IMG/VR virus record: IMGVR_UViG_3300042545_001134
Span: 186,001-250,000 of that record
Direction: 5' to 3' (one strand)
Length of the DNA stretch: 64,000 nt
Both the position numbers and the translations under genes were made by a program. Below, one piece after another: positions 49,924-58,241 of this stretch (positions within the stretch are counted from its first letter, which is position 1; each line of letters begins with the position of its first letter). The notes beneath the pieces are model-generated. The model was given only the letters and a program-made list of their open reading frames with translations, made no database searches and was not told the DNA's origin.

Positions 49924-50650
49924 AAAACCCAACCCCGAACCCAATTTCAATTTGGGTAATATCTCCAGACGGGGTATTAATTGTTTGGGTTAAATTCACA
50001 CCCGGTTTATTTTCTTCTACAAACTTTCTAAAATCTTGAGAGTCTTTGATTGGTAATCTATCAACAAAATTGTGAGTATTCATTAAATCCTTATTTCCCT
50101 CAACGGATTTAATCATCATCTCAAGTTTTTTTGTGATGATAGGTGCAACCCCATTACCATTCCAACTTGTTTCAATATCTTTTAATTCTTTTTCTTGTTT
50201 TGAGGTCAAAAATTTAAAAGTAATATTAACCTTACTTTTTTCCATATGATATGGATATTCACCATTTGAATCCGCAACTAACGTAAAGTCTTTATATTTT
50301 AATTCACTTAAATCGATATCAACAGTAAACTCTTTTTCTGTTTTTGGGTCGATTGTTGTGTATTTGTATATTGAACCGAACGCGGTATTTCGTAAGAAAA
50401 TTAATATCGCCTGTTTATCTTCTTCACATAATTCATCAGTATTGAAGTCTTTATCTAAAACTTTTCTTTTGAGTAGTTCTTCGAGCATTTTATTACTTGC
50501 CAGTAAATTTGCCGATGATAGGATATTTTCATCAGATGCGGTTAAATACGCGATTCTTAATGATTTCTTACCACTTGGGTAATGAATACCTCTTGAAGGT
50601 AATTCTACAACATCATATGATATTGTTGGGTCGATTCTAAATTCTTCCAT
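49901..50650 (-). CDS. tail assembly chaperone / T4 gp26-like baseplate hub assembly protein
   Basis: VELPSRG..Y, LTASDENIL and DKQAILIFLRNTAFG; lies between tube and tape measure genes. Confidence 0.75.
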   Translation of the reverse strand: MEEFRIDPTISYDVVELPSRGIHYPSGKKSLRIAYLTASDENILSSANLLASNKMLEELLKRKVLDKDFNTDELCEEDKQAILIFLRNTAFGSIYKYTTIDPKTEKEFTVDIDLSELKYKDFTLVADSNGEYPYHMEKSKVNITFKFLTSKQEKELKDIETSWNGNGVAPIITKKLEMMIKSVEGNKDLMNTHNFVDRLPIKDSQDFRKFVEENKPGVNLTQTINTPSGDITQIEIGFGVGFFRPFYGL

Positions 50651-50693
50651 AAATGTGTTTTATTATAACTATACTATTATACAAAACTTATTA

Positions 50694-50727
50694 TAAAAAG
50701 TAAAGGTCTCCCTTGTGAGGAGACCTT
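50694..50727 (-). terminator. intrinsic terminator after the tail tube gene
   Basis: 9-bp stem AAGGUCUCC/GGAGACCUU followed by UACUUUUU. Confidence 0.7.
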
Positions 50728-50759
50728 CATATTGACAGATTCTATATTTTTTATTTCTA

Positions 50760-51248
50760 TTAGTAAACTTGGATACATCTATCCATACGTAAAGACGCAG
50801 TGATAGTTGCGATATCGTCTCTTGAGTAATCAAGTTCATTGAAGTTCAAGTCAGTCAAGAATGTACCTTGAAGAATCCATTTTTCAACCACAACACCCGT
50901 TGGGTCTAACATCTCCAATTCGATGTCTTTCTTATAACCCGCAGCGTAACCCATACGACCCGTAACAGACTCAGCGTGAAGACGGAACCATTCCATCAAT
51001 GCCTGTGACGCAGAAGGACCAATAGGGTCTTTAAACGTTACTCTTAATTCGTTCCACTCAAAACGTCCCGCAACATAAGTTGAGGTATTGATGAACGGAA
51101 TCGCAACTGAATTGATTTTTGCACTTGGTCTAGCCGCTGATGACACATACCATTCGTTGATACCCAATGAAGAAGGGAATCTAAGTATGAATCGGTTAAC
51201 TCTTTTCGGTTCGTAAGGAACCGGCATTTTCATTAATAAATCTGCCAT
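50760..51248 (-). CDS. tail tube protein (T4 gp19-like)
   Basis: EPKRVNRF, YVAGRFEWNEL.VTF.DP, LMEW and GYKKDIELEMLDPTG.VVEKW; follows the sheath gene. Confidence 0.9.
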   Translation of the reverse strand: MADLLMKMPVPYEPKRVNRFILRFPSSLGINEWYVSSAARPSAKINSVAIPFINTSTYVAGRFEWNELRVTFKDPIGPSASQALMEWFRLHAESVTGRMGYAAGYKKDIELEMLDPTGVVVEKWILQGTFLTDLNFNELDYSRDDIATITASLRMDRCIQVY

Positions 51249-51372
51249 GTCTATATTTTTGTTTTAGTTTTTTTTTGGTTATTCTTCTTACTTATAAATA
51301 TGCCTATCTTGAAAAAATAAAAAATTTCAACGTAGGCCTTTTTTATTTGGTTTTTTTTTCGTATTTTTTCCC

Positions 51373-51465
51373 TATACTAGTATAAATACTGGAACTGGAT
51401 TTAAAGATTTAATAAATAAATCTAGAAATATAATACTAGTTCTAGTATACTAGATATAATACTGG
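51373..51465. repeat. cluster of CTAG-containing palindromes and direct repeats (candidate origin or protein-binding array)
   Basis: TATACTAGTATA (51373-84), AGATTTA-N5-TAAATCT (51405-23), ATACTAG-TT-CTAGTAT (51433-48), TCTAGTATACTAGA (51441-54), ATATAATACT twice (51428, 51454). Confidence 0.6.
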
Positions 51466-51498
51466 GTAAAATATACAAATATTTTTTTTATACTTTTT

Positions 51499-51514
51499 GG
51501 TTCCTCGTGGAACA
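51499..51514. promoter_or_regulatory. parS-like site
   Basis: Minus strand TGTTCCACGAGGAACC is 14/16 identical to the palindromic parS form TGTTCCACGTGGAACA; intergenic. Confidence 0.5.
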
Positions 51515-51516
51515 TA

Positions 51517-51543
51517 TAAATGGGAGAGGTTACCCCCTCCCAT
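51517..51543 (-). terminator. hairpin after the sheath gene (weak terminator or mRNA stabiliser)
   Basis: AUGGGAGGGG-GUAA-CCUCUCCCAU with only a short U tail. Confidence 0.45.
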
Positions 51544-51554
51544 CTTTATTTTCA

Positions 51555-54392
51555 TTAGATATTATCAAATGATGCTCCTGTTGGGGTAATTATGAACTCA
51601 ACATCGATAAATTCAAGTGAACGAGTTGGTTTTACATAGATTTTACCTCTAAGTGTGTTTGCATCAATGTCCTCAGGGTCATTAGATACAGTTACACGGA
51701 ACTCATATAAACCTCTTTCTCTCTTAATTGCTTCAAGAATTGGGTTTACTAATCTCAAGAATTCATTACGAACTTGTTCGTCATTTTGTTCGAACAACAA
51801 TCTTACAGCAACTGCTGAAATAAGTTTTCTTGCTCTTAACAATAATCTTCTTACGTTAATTCTATCCAATGCAGATTCTCTTACTTGAAGGGTTTTGTTA
51901 CCCCAAATAATGGTACCTGTATCAGAGAAAGTAGCGATTGGGTTGATTCTTGCCTTATATAAATCATCTCTTTCGTCAAGAGTTAATTTTTTAACCGCTT
52001 TGATTGCCTTAACCAAACCTCTTGAATAACCCGCTACTGCGAACCAAGGGAATGATACGTTATCTGTTAACGCAATGTTTCTTACAACCTCACCTGTAGG
52101 TGGAATGTATAATTGAGTTGCGTTGTCTTGGTCTCTAACTTGAATCCAAGGCCAGTAGGTTGCTGAATAGTTAGTATCCAATGCCACACCGTCCAATGCG
52201 TCAATTACTTCGTCCGCAGTTGATACGTTTGGAGATGCAATAACATAAAGTGAATCCGCTCTATCGTTTTCCATAATATCGATTGCCTGTGTAGTTAATG
52301 AACTATGGTCGTAGAAGTTAATACCCGGAGTTGCGAAGATGTTGATATCTACCGCTTCAGGGTTTGCGAATGTGTTAATACCTTGTAGGTATGCATAATA
52401 ATCAGAGTTTCCAACAGTTGTACTGAATACACCACCGTTAGTTGTGTGACCACTTACATATGTTGATTTACCAAAGATATATCCGTCTCCGTAAGTTTTA
52501 GTTTGACGATAAATGTCAAAACCATCGAAACCACCACCAACTGCAAATGTGAATTTACGGTAAGTTGTTGCTGTTAATGGATTATCAACACCTGTTTGTC
52601 CTTCTAAATCGTAAGGAGTTGTTGTAAATGTTGTACCTGTAATAGTAGATGCGTTTACTGATAAGTGGAAACCACTTGTTGAACCCGCAGCCGCCGCTCC
52701 TTTATATTTGAATAAGTCTTTGTCAAGTCCAACTTGTGAAGATAGACCTAAAGTTACTTTTCTAATTTTATCACCGGCAGATGTAACTGGAGAACCATCA
52801 ACATTGTAACTGATAACATCACCTGCGGTGTAGTATTCCGTTTTATATAATACTGAACCCAAAACAGAACCTGAGAAGTTTGTGTTTGCTACAAATCCTT
52901 TAAATCCTGCTGGAAACGCATCAGTTGGGTGGTTTTCAGCCATATTCAACATGATGTATTTTGAACGTAATTCGTATTCACCGTCAGAAGTACCAACTTT
53001 CTTAGCCACATAACCTGGTAGGTCTGGATTCATTGAACATCTTGTAAATTTCTCAAGTGCAACTAAATTATCGTCAGTATCGTTAAAGTCACGAACAATT
53101 AAATCAAATTCACCTGTTTCGATATCGATATTGATGATAGACATTTTGATTTGTGCGTTCGCTGCGTCACCATCTGAAATTGTAATAGTCTCAAATAGGT
53201 CAGAAACCTCACCACCACGTACTTCAGATACTACCATTGGAGAAATTGGGGTATCCCACTCTCTAACGAAGTTTGTACCTTCAGAAACATAAAGTTCAGT
53301 TAAACTAATACCTCTTACTAAACCTTGTTCGTATGCGGTCTTTAAATAATTTGGATATGTTTCGTAAACATACACCGGAATGTCCGATTTAGGTTTGTCA
53401 TATACATCAGTACCTAACACTTTAGTTACATACTTAGATGATGATAAATCCATTGAACAAGTGAATGATTTTACACCACTTGTAGAACCCGTTACATTAA
53501 CTGTAAACTCGGCGAAAGGATTTGTTGACAAATCAGAACCTGAAATGTTGAAACTTGTGTTACCTGTAACTTCAAGTAACAATGTTTGTCCTGAATAAGA
53601 ACCTCTTGAACGGAACGCCGCAACAACTTCACCGTCATTGGTTAATGTTGCATCGTACTCATATCTTGTTACTGAGAATAGGTTAGTTGAACCATTCCAT
53701 ACGAATAAATAAGAATAAACCTCATTTGTACCGTTATTGAATGTGTTGTACCAATTTTTATTCCAAGATGAATTTACATTTAGGTCACCTGTAAGTGGTG
53801 AAATCATTTCTTTAGTTGGGTCTTGAGCTGCAACATCTGTTGCATCCGCCGCACCAATAACGAACCATGTACCTGTACCACCTGTGAAACCACTAAATTC
53901 TGTGTAGATGTAATCTGTAATAGATGTACCATCATATGCAGTTTTACCCGAAAGTTCAGCGTATACTGTACTTCCTGTGTAAGTTGCTAATGGTGTTGGG
54001 TCCATTGTGATACCTGTTGTGGTACCTGTTGTCATACTCCCCAAAACAAAACCACCAAGGGTTTGAATTGCGAAAGTTTTCACTGGTTTATATCCTGTTA
54101 ACCCTAGGATTCTTGTTACGAATAATTGATTCGATTCTTCAAGGTATGCTTTAGCAACATAAGGTAACTCATATTTTGGGTTACCCGCCCCGTCTTTTGC
54201 TGGTGATGAACCTCCAAAGTACAATTTAAACTCATCATAATCTTTAACTAAGATTGGTTCGAAGGCTGGACCCTTTAAGGTTTCACCTACCAAACCTAAT
54301 GTAGTAACACCTACACTTTGTGCGACGAATGTTAAATCTTTTTCTGATGTATAAACACCTGGAGATACAAATACTCTATTTGAATTTGCCAT
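51555..54392 (-). CDS. contractile tail sheath protein (T4 gp18-like)
   Basis: VSPGVYTSEKD, GETLKGPAFEP, YSATYWPW, PWFAVAGYSRG, INPIATF, IIWGNKTLQ..SALDRINVRRL and KPTRSLEFI. Confidence 0.96.
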   Translation of the reverse strand: MANSNRVFVSPGVYTSEKDLTFVAQSVGVTTLGLVGETLKGPAFEPILVKDYDEFKLYFGGSSPAKDGAGNPKYELPYVAKAYLEESNQLFVTRILGLTGYKPVKTFAIQTLGGFVLGSMTTGTTTGITMDPTPLATYTGSTVYAELSGKTAYDGTSITDYIYTEFSGFTGGTGTWFVIGAADATDVAAQDPTKEMISPLTGDLNVNSSWNKNWYNTFNNGTNEVYSYLFVWNGSTNLFSVTRYEYDATLTNDGEVVAAFRSRGSYSGQTLLLEVTGNTSFNISGSDLSTNPFAEFTVNVTGSTSGVKSFTCSMDLSSSKYVTKVLGTDVYDKPKSDIPVYVYETYPNYLKTAYEQGLVRGISLTELYVSEGTNFVREWDTPISPMVVSEVRGGEVSDLFETITISDGDAANAQIKMSIINIDIETGEFDLIVRDFNDTDDNLVALEKFTRCSMNPDLPGYVAKKVGTSDGEYELRSKYIMLNMAENHPTDAFPAGFKGFVANTNFSGSVLGSVLYKTEYYTAGDVISYNVDGSPVTSAGDKIRKVTLGLSSQVGLDKDLFKYKGAAAAGSTSGFHLSVNASTITGTTFTTTPYDLEGQTGVDNPLTATTYRKFTFAVGGGFDGFDIYRQTKTYGDGYIFGKSTYVSGHTTNGGVFSTTVGNSDYYAYLQGINTFANPEAVDINIFATPGINFYDHSSLTTQAIDIMENDRADSLYVIASPNVSTADEVIDALDGVALDTNYSATYWPWIQVRDQDNATQLYIPPTGEVVRNIALTDNVSFPWFAVAGYSRGLVKAIKAVKKLTLDERDDLYKARINPIATFSDTGTIIWGNKTLQVRESALDRINVRRLLLRARKLISAVAVRLLFEQNDEQVRNEFLRLVNPILEAIKRERGLYEFRVTVSNDPEDIDANTLRGKIYVKPTRSLEFIDVEFIITPTGASFDNI

Positions 54393-54429
54393 TTTTAATT
54401 GTTTGGTTTATTTATTTTATTTGTTATTC

Positions 54430-54437
54430 TATAAATA
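54430..54437 (-). promoter_or_regulatory. putative late promoter TATTTATA (sheath); the same motif precedes most structural genes
   Basis: Copies at 2538, 3480, 7728, 16791, 24402, 26737, 36784, 47813, 49761, 51293, 54430 and 56444 (minus) and 54505 and 59446 (plus), each oriented with its gene. Confidence 0.7.
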
Positions 54438-54515
54438 TCTTTGATTCTAGCAAAGATTTCGTAAGTTTTTTAAAAAAAGATATTTAAAAATCCTTTTTTA
54501 TCATTATTTATCTTT

Positions 54516-54674
54516 ATGACAAAAGAAAACTTAAAAAACATCAAAGTCAGTGAGAAACACCATGAGATGTTAAAAGATTATTGCGATAAAAACGGATTGA
54601 AGATTTATAAGGTTGTCCAAAAATGGATTGAGGAGACCTGTAAACCAAAAAAGAAAGATTTATATGGAGATTAA
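54516..54674 (+). CDS. ribbon-helix-helix (CopG/Arc/MetJ-like) DNA-binding protein
   Basis: Below the ORF-track cutoff. MTKENLKNIKVSEKHHEMLKDYCDKNGLKIYKVVQKWIEETCKPKKKDLYGD has the beta strand KNIKVS, helix, G-turn, helix pattern; own TATTTATC motif 3 nt upstream. Confidence 0.75.
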   Translation: MTKENLKNIKVSEKHHEMLKDYCDKNGLKIYKVVQKWIEETCKPKKKDLYGD

Positions 54675-55924
54675 CTTAGGTAAACCACGCCAATTTTTGA
54701 ACCGATAACAGGGGCTCCGAGTAGTTTAACTTTATAGTTACCTGATACTTCAAATCCCGACCCTTCATCTTCAACAAGACCGTTGATGTCTAAACTGACA
54801 ATACTATCTATTGGTGATGAGGTTGTGAATTCCAATGTGGAACCATCATATACAAAAGTTTCATTTGTAACTTGTAATGGTTTACCGAAGGTATCAATAA
54901 ATGTATCGTTTCTACCTTTAAAGTATGTGATGGTAATAACATCATTCTCATCAGGTGGAGATGCAAAGGTTATTTTAGACGTTCCGGGGATGTGGTAATA
55001 ATCATCATCTCTAACTTGTACAAGACCATTAATCGCAACGGTAAAGAGGACATTAATACTTTCACCAACACTAAAAACGGTTTGTAAACCATCGGCGGTG
55101 AACGTTGCCACCGTAATTTCAATGGTTTTATTAATATATTTTTTCGCAAAGTTATTACTTGCGATAAACTCATTCAAAAGAAACATTCTACTGATTGCTG
55201 GTTTAACTTCAAACTCCTCGTCGTCAATTAAAAACCCTAACATTGTAAATGTGTAGTTTTGGATATAGAACCTTCTACCGTCCAATGAGTCCATTGGTGT
55301 GTTATCTTCGATTCTATCCAATATAATCGGAATGTAGTGTCCTTTTACACTTGTGTACGATTGACGTGAAGAGAACTTCTGTAAAACGATTTTATTAAAT
55401 CTATTTACGTCTCTAACCTTTGTACAAACAATGGTCACATCAAAAGTAATGTCAATTGCCACGGGTTGAGGTATCTTGTATATGTCCGCACCCATTTGAG
55501 TTCCGTTCCATGTTGGAACCGATGCATAGAAAAAGTCTCTCCTATCGGGAATTGTTCTTTGAACAACAGGGTTTGTACCGGGTTGAACGTCGGGTCTTCT
55601 AATAACCGCCATAAATGGTAGTTTCATATTACCATCCTCATCGGCAAATGTCCAATTGTTTGACATCTCACCCCATCTTTGAATTGTTAATATTCTCGGG
55701 ATAATCGGAATTTGGTCTCCGTCAGATATAATCTTAAAATGTTCTTTAACAAAATCGAGCATACCTAAGTCAAGGTCCTCGTGTAAAATCGAATCAGGTA
55801 AAAAAGTGTCTGACTTGGTTATTCTCTCAAGTAACTCTTTTCTTCTGCCGACAATATCGGGTCCGTTCATATCGGATTTAACTCCGTAGACTTGGATGTT
55901 ATTTTTTCTTTTAGGTATTCCCAT
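54671..55924 (-). CDS. tail terminator / sheath stabiliser (T4 gp15-like) with two C-terminal beta-sandwich repeats
   Basis: LPFMAVIR and PQPVAIDITFDVTI motifs, between neck and sheath genes. C-terminal repeats TFTADG..VF...INGL. Likely start MGIPKRK at 55924. Confidence 0.65.
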   Translation of the reverse strand: MGIPKRKNNIQVYGVKSDMNGPDIVGRRKELLERITKSDTFLPDSILHEDLDLGMLDFVKEHFKIISDGDQIPIIPRILTIQRWGEMSNNWTFADEDGNMKLPFMAVIRRPDVQPGTNPVVQRTIPDRRDFFYASVPTWNGTQMGADIYKIPQPVAIDITFDVTIVCTKVRDVNRFNKIVLQKFSSRQSYTSVKGHYIPIILDRIEDNTPMDSLDGRRFYIQNYTFTMLGFLIDDEEFEVKPAISRMFLLNEFIASNNFAKKYINKTIEITVATFTADGLQTVFSVGESINVLFTVAINGLVQVRDDDYYHIPGTSKITFASPPDENDVITITYFKGRNDTFIDTFGKPLQVTNETFVYDGSTLEFTTSSPIDSIVSLDINGLVEDEGSGFEVSGNYKVKLLGAPVIGSKIGVVYLS

Positions 55925-55926
55925 GT

Positions 55927-56439
55927 TTAAATTCCACGAAATTCTGATTCCTGTGTTGGAACACAAAGAATGGTTCTATAATATGGTTTGAATCCAAACA
56001 TACTATGTTTATTGTCTGAGGTTACTTTACCATCATTTGTAACGGTATAATATCTAATTCTTTCTTCAGATTCAGGATACCCAATGTAATCTCCGTATCT
56101 TATATCTATTTCGAGTTCCTCTAAATGTCTCATATAAACAGAAACAGTCATATTACCAGGTTCCAAATATCTACCTAAACCACCTTTATATGTGGTATTT
56201 TTTGGTTCCTCAATTTTTACCAATGCATTAAACTCAACAGGAGGTAAAAATTTGATTTGGTCTTTACCAACTTCAGCGTATACTTCATCGGTATCTGTCT
56301 TTTGTCTATCGACACGAAAAACAACCAATTTCATATTCAAATCACCATGCAAATATTCCTGACCCATTTGAACATTTAAATCAAAATCGGTTTCAGAGAA
56401 AAATTTACTAAGTCTTGTTATTGGTAACTTATGTTTCAT
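55927..56439 (-). CDS. neck / head-closure protein (T4 gp14-like)
   Basis: Position before the gp15-like gene; DEVYAE...LEELEIDIRYGDYI; late motif at 56444-56451 supports start MKHKLP. Confidence 0.6.
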   Translation of the reverse strand: MKHKLPITRLSKFFSETDFDLNVQMGQEYLHGDLNMKLVVFRVDRQKTDTDEVYAEVGKDQIKFLPPVEFNALVKIEEPKNTTYKGGLGRYLEPGNMTVSVYMRHLEELEIDIRYGDYIGYPESEERIRYYTVTNDGKVTSDNKHSMFGFKPYYRTILCVPTQESEFRGI

Positions 56440-56489
56440 ACCCAATAAATAGTTCCATTATTCATTCTAATTTCTTATATTTAGAATAT

Positions 56490-58241
56490 ATGCAGAATAA
56501 AATACCCGAGATAGAGGCGAGGGATATCTTATTAAGTTACGAAGGATTCAACAATCAGTTGTTGGATTGGAAAGAAAAGTTTTCTAAAGTTAAAAACTTT
56601 CAATTGACTCGACCTCAGGCAGAATACGTCTTGAAATATCATGAGACGGTACCTCGTGTTGCTAAAAAATATCTAAACATTTCTAAAAACTTTGCGAGTA
56701 CAATTATGGAAAGTAAACATCTCACTTATGTCCCTGAAAAGATATGGTGTGAGAAATTGTTGTGTGAAAGTGATAAGGCATACCACATTTGGGGTAAAGT
56801 AGTTGAGACTGAGAAGAACTATTCATTATGGTTACCAAAGTCGTCAATTATTCAAGAAGAAAAGAAACTAAACAGAGAAGTGGATTATAGTCCATACTCA
56901 CATAGAGCACCAATGGAACACCAAAAGGTGGCAATTGAAAAATTATTGGCAAATAACAAATACATACTTGCCGATGATATGGGATTAGGTAAAACAACAT
57001 CAGCAATTATTGCATCACTTGAGAGTGGGGCAAAGAAAGTATTAATTATCTGTCCCGCATCTTTGAAGATTAACTGGCAACGTGAAATCGATAACTACAC
57101 CGATAAAAAGGTGTTAATTGTTGAAGGTCGTAAATGGGGGTCCACATTTGATTTTTATATTATCAACTATGACATCATTAAGAACTACCACACGACCGAA
57201 AACTCTGAAGATAGTGAATCATACCAATTAATAGTTAAAGAAGGGTTTGACCTCGTTATAATCGACGAGGCACACTATGTTTCGAACCCAACCGCACAAA
57301 GAACAAAATTAATCAACGATATCGCCAAACAAATACCTAAAGTGTGGTTGTTAACTGGTACTCCGATGACATCGAGACCAATTAATTATTATAATTTATT
57401 AAAATTAGTTAATTCACCAATCGCGTTAAATTGGCAAAGTTTTGTTAGGAGATATTGTGCCGGATATCAATTTAATGTCGGAGGTAAAAAGATTTGGAAC
57501 ACAAGTGGTGCAAGTAATCTCGATGAATTAAGAGATATGACTAAAAACATTGTTCTTAGAAGAATGAAAACGGATATCCTCGATTTACCTGAAAAAATTA
57601 TCACACCTGTTTTCTTAGATTTAAAGAGTACGTTCTATGATGAAGAGTTGGAGGATTTCATGAGAATTTCTAAAGACAATCAAAAGAAAGAATCAATTAC
57701 GGTAACACTTAATCGTCTGATGAAAATTAGACAGGTTATTGCATATGAAAAAGTACCATATACATGTGAATTAATTGAAAAGTTTATTGAACAAGGTAAG
57801 AAAGTAATTGTGTTTACAAACTTCACAATGAGTCTCGATATGATACATGAGAAGTATAAGAAGAACTCTGTTACTCTTGATGGTAGAATGTCAAAAGATA
57901 GAAGACAGGAAAGTGTTGACCGTTTTCAAAACGATGATAAGATTAAAATCTTCATATCTAACATTAAGGCCGGTGGTGTGGGTATTACCTTAACTGCGGC
58001 GGAGACTGTTATTATGAATGACTTATCGTTTGTTCCTTCTGACCATTCACAGGCGGAAGATAGGGCATATAGATACGGGCAAAAAAATAGTGTCCTCGTT
58101 TACTATCCTGTATTTGAGAACACTATTGAAAGAATCGTTTATAATATCTTACAAAAGAAGAAAGGTATTATTGACCAAGTTATGGGTGATGGTGAATACT
58201 CTGAGAGTTTTGCACAATCATTACTTATGGAACTTCTCTAA
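56490..58241 (+). CDS. SNF2-family (HARP/SMARCAL1-like) helicase
   Basis: LADDMGLGKT, IICPASLKINW, DEAH, LLTGTP, LRRMK and QAEDRAYRYGQ. Start moved to MQNKIP (56490), after TATATTTA. Confidence 0.92.
   Translation: MQNKIPEIEARDILLSYEGFNNQLLDWKEKFSKVKNFQLTRPQAEYVLKYHETVPRVAKKYLNISKNFASTIMESKHLTYVPEKIWCEKLLCESDKAYHIWGKVVETEKNYSLWLPKSSIIQEEKKLNREVDYSPYSHRAPMEHQKVAIEKLLANNKYILADDMGLGKTTSAIIASLESGAKKVLIICPASLKINWQREIDNYTDKKVLIVEGRKWGSTFDFYIINYDIIKNYHTTENSEDSESYQLIVKEGFDLVIIDEAHYVSNPTAQRTKLINDIAKQIPKVWLLTGTPMTSRPINYYNLLKLVNSPIALNWQSFVRRYCAGYQFNVGGKKIWNTSGASNLDELRDMTKNIVLRRMKTDILDLPEKIITPVFLDLKSTFYDEELEDFMRISKDNQKKESITVTLNRLMKIRQVIAYEKVPYTCELIEKFIEQGKKVIVFTNFTMSLDMIHEKYKKNSVTLDGRMSKDRRQESVDRFQNDDKIKIFISNIKAGGVGITLTAAETVIMNDLSFVPSDHSQAEDRAYRYGQKNSVLVYYPVFENTIERIVYNILQKKKGIIDQVMGDGEYSESFAQSLLMELL

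Noticed and set aside
55925-56489. ORF-track starts at 55966, 56445 and 56415 (and 26751)
   Set aside because: They overlap neighbouring genes or promoter motifs; downstream ATGs (55924, 56439, 56490, 26733) fit better.
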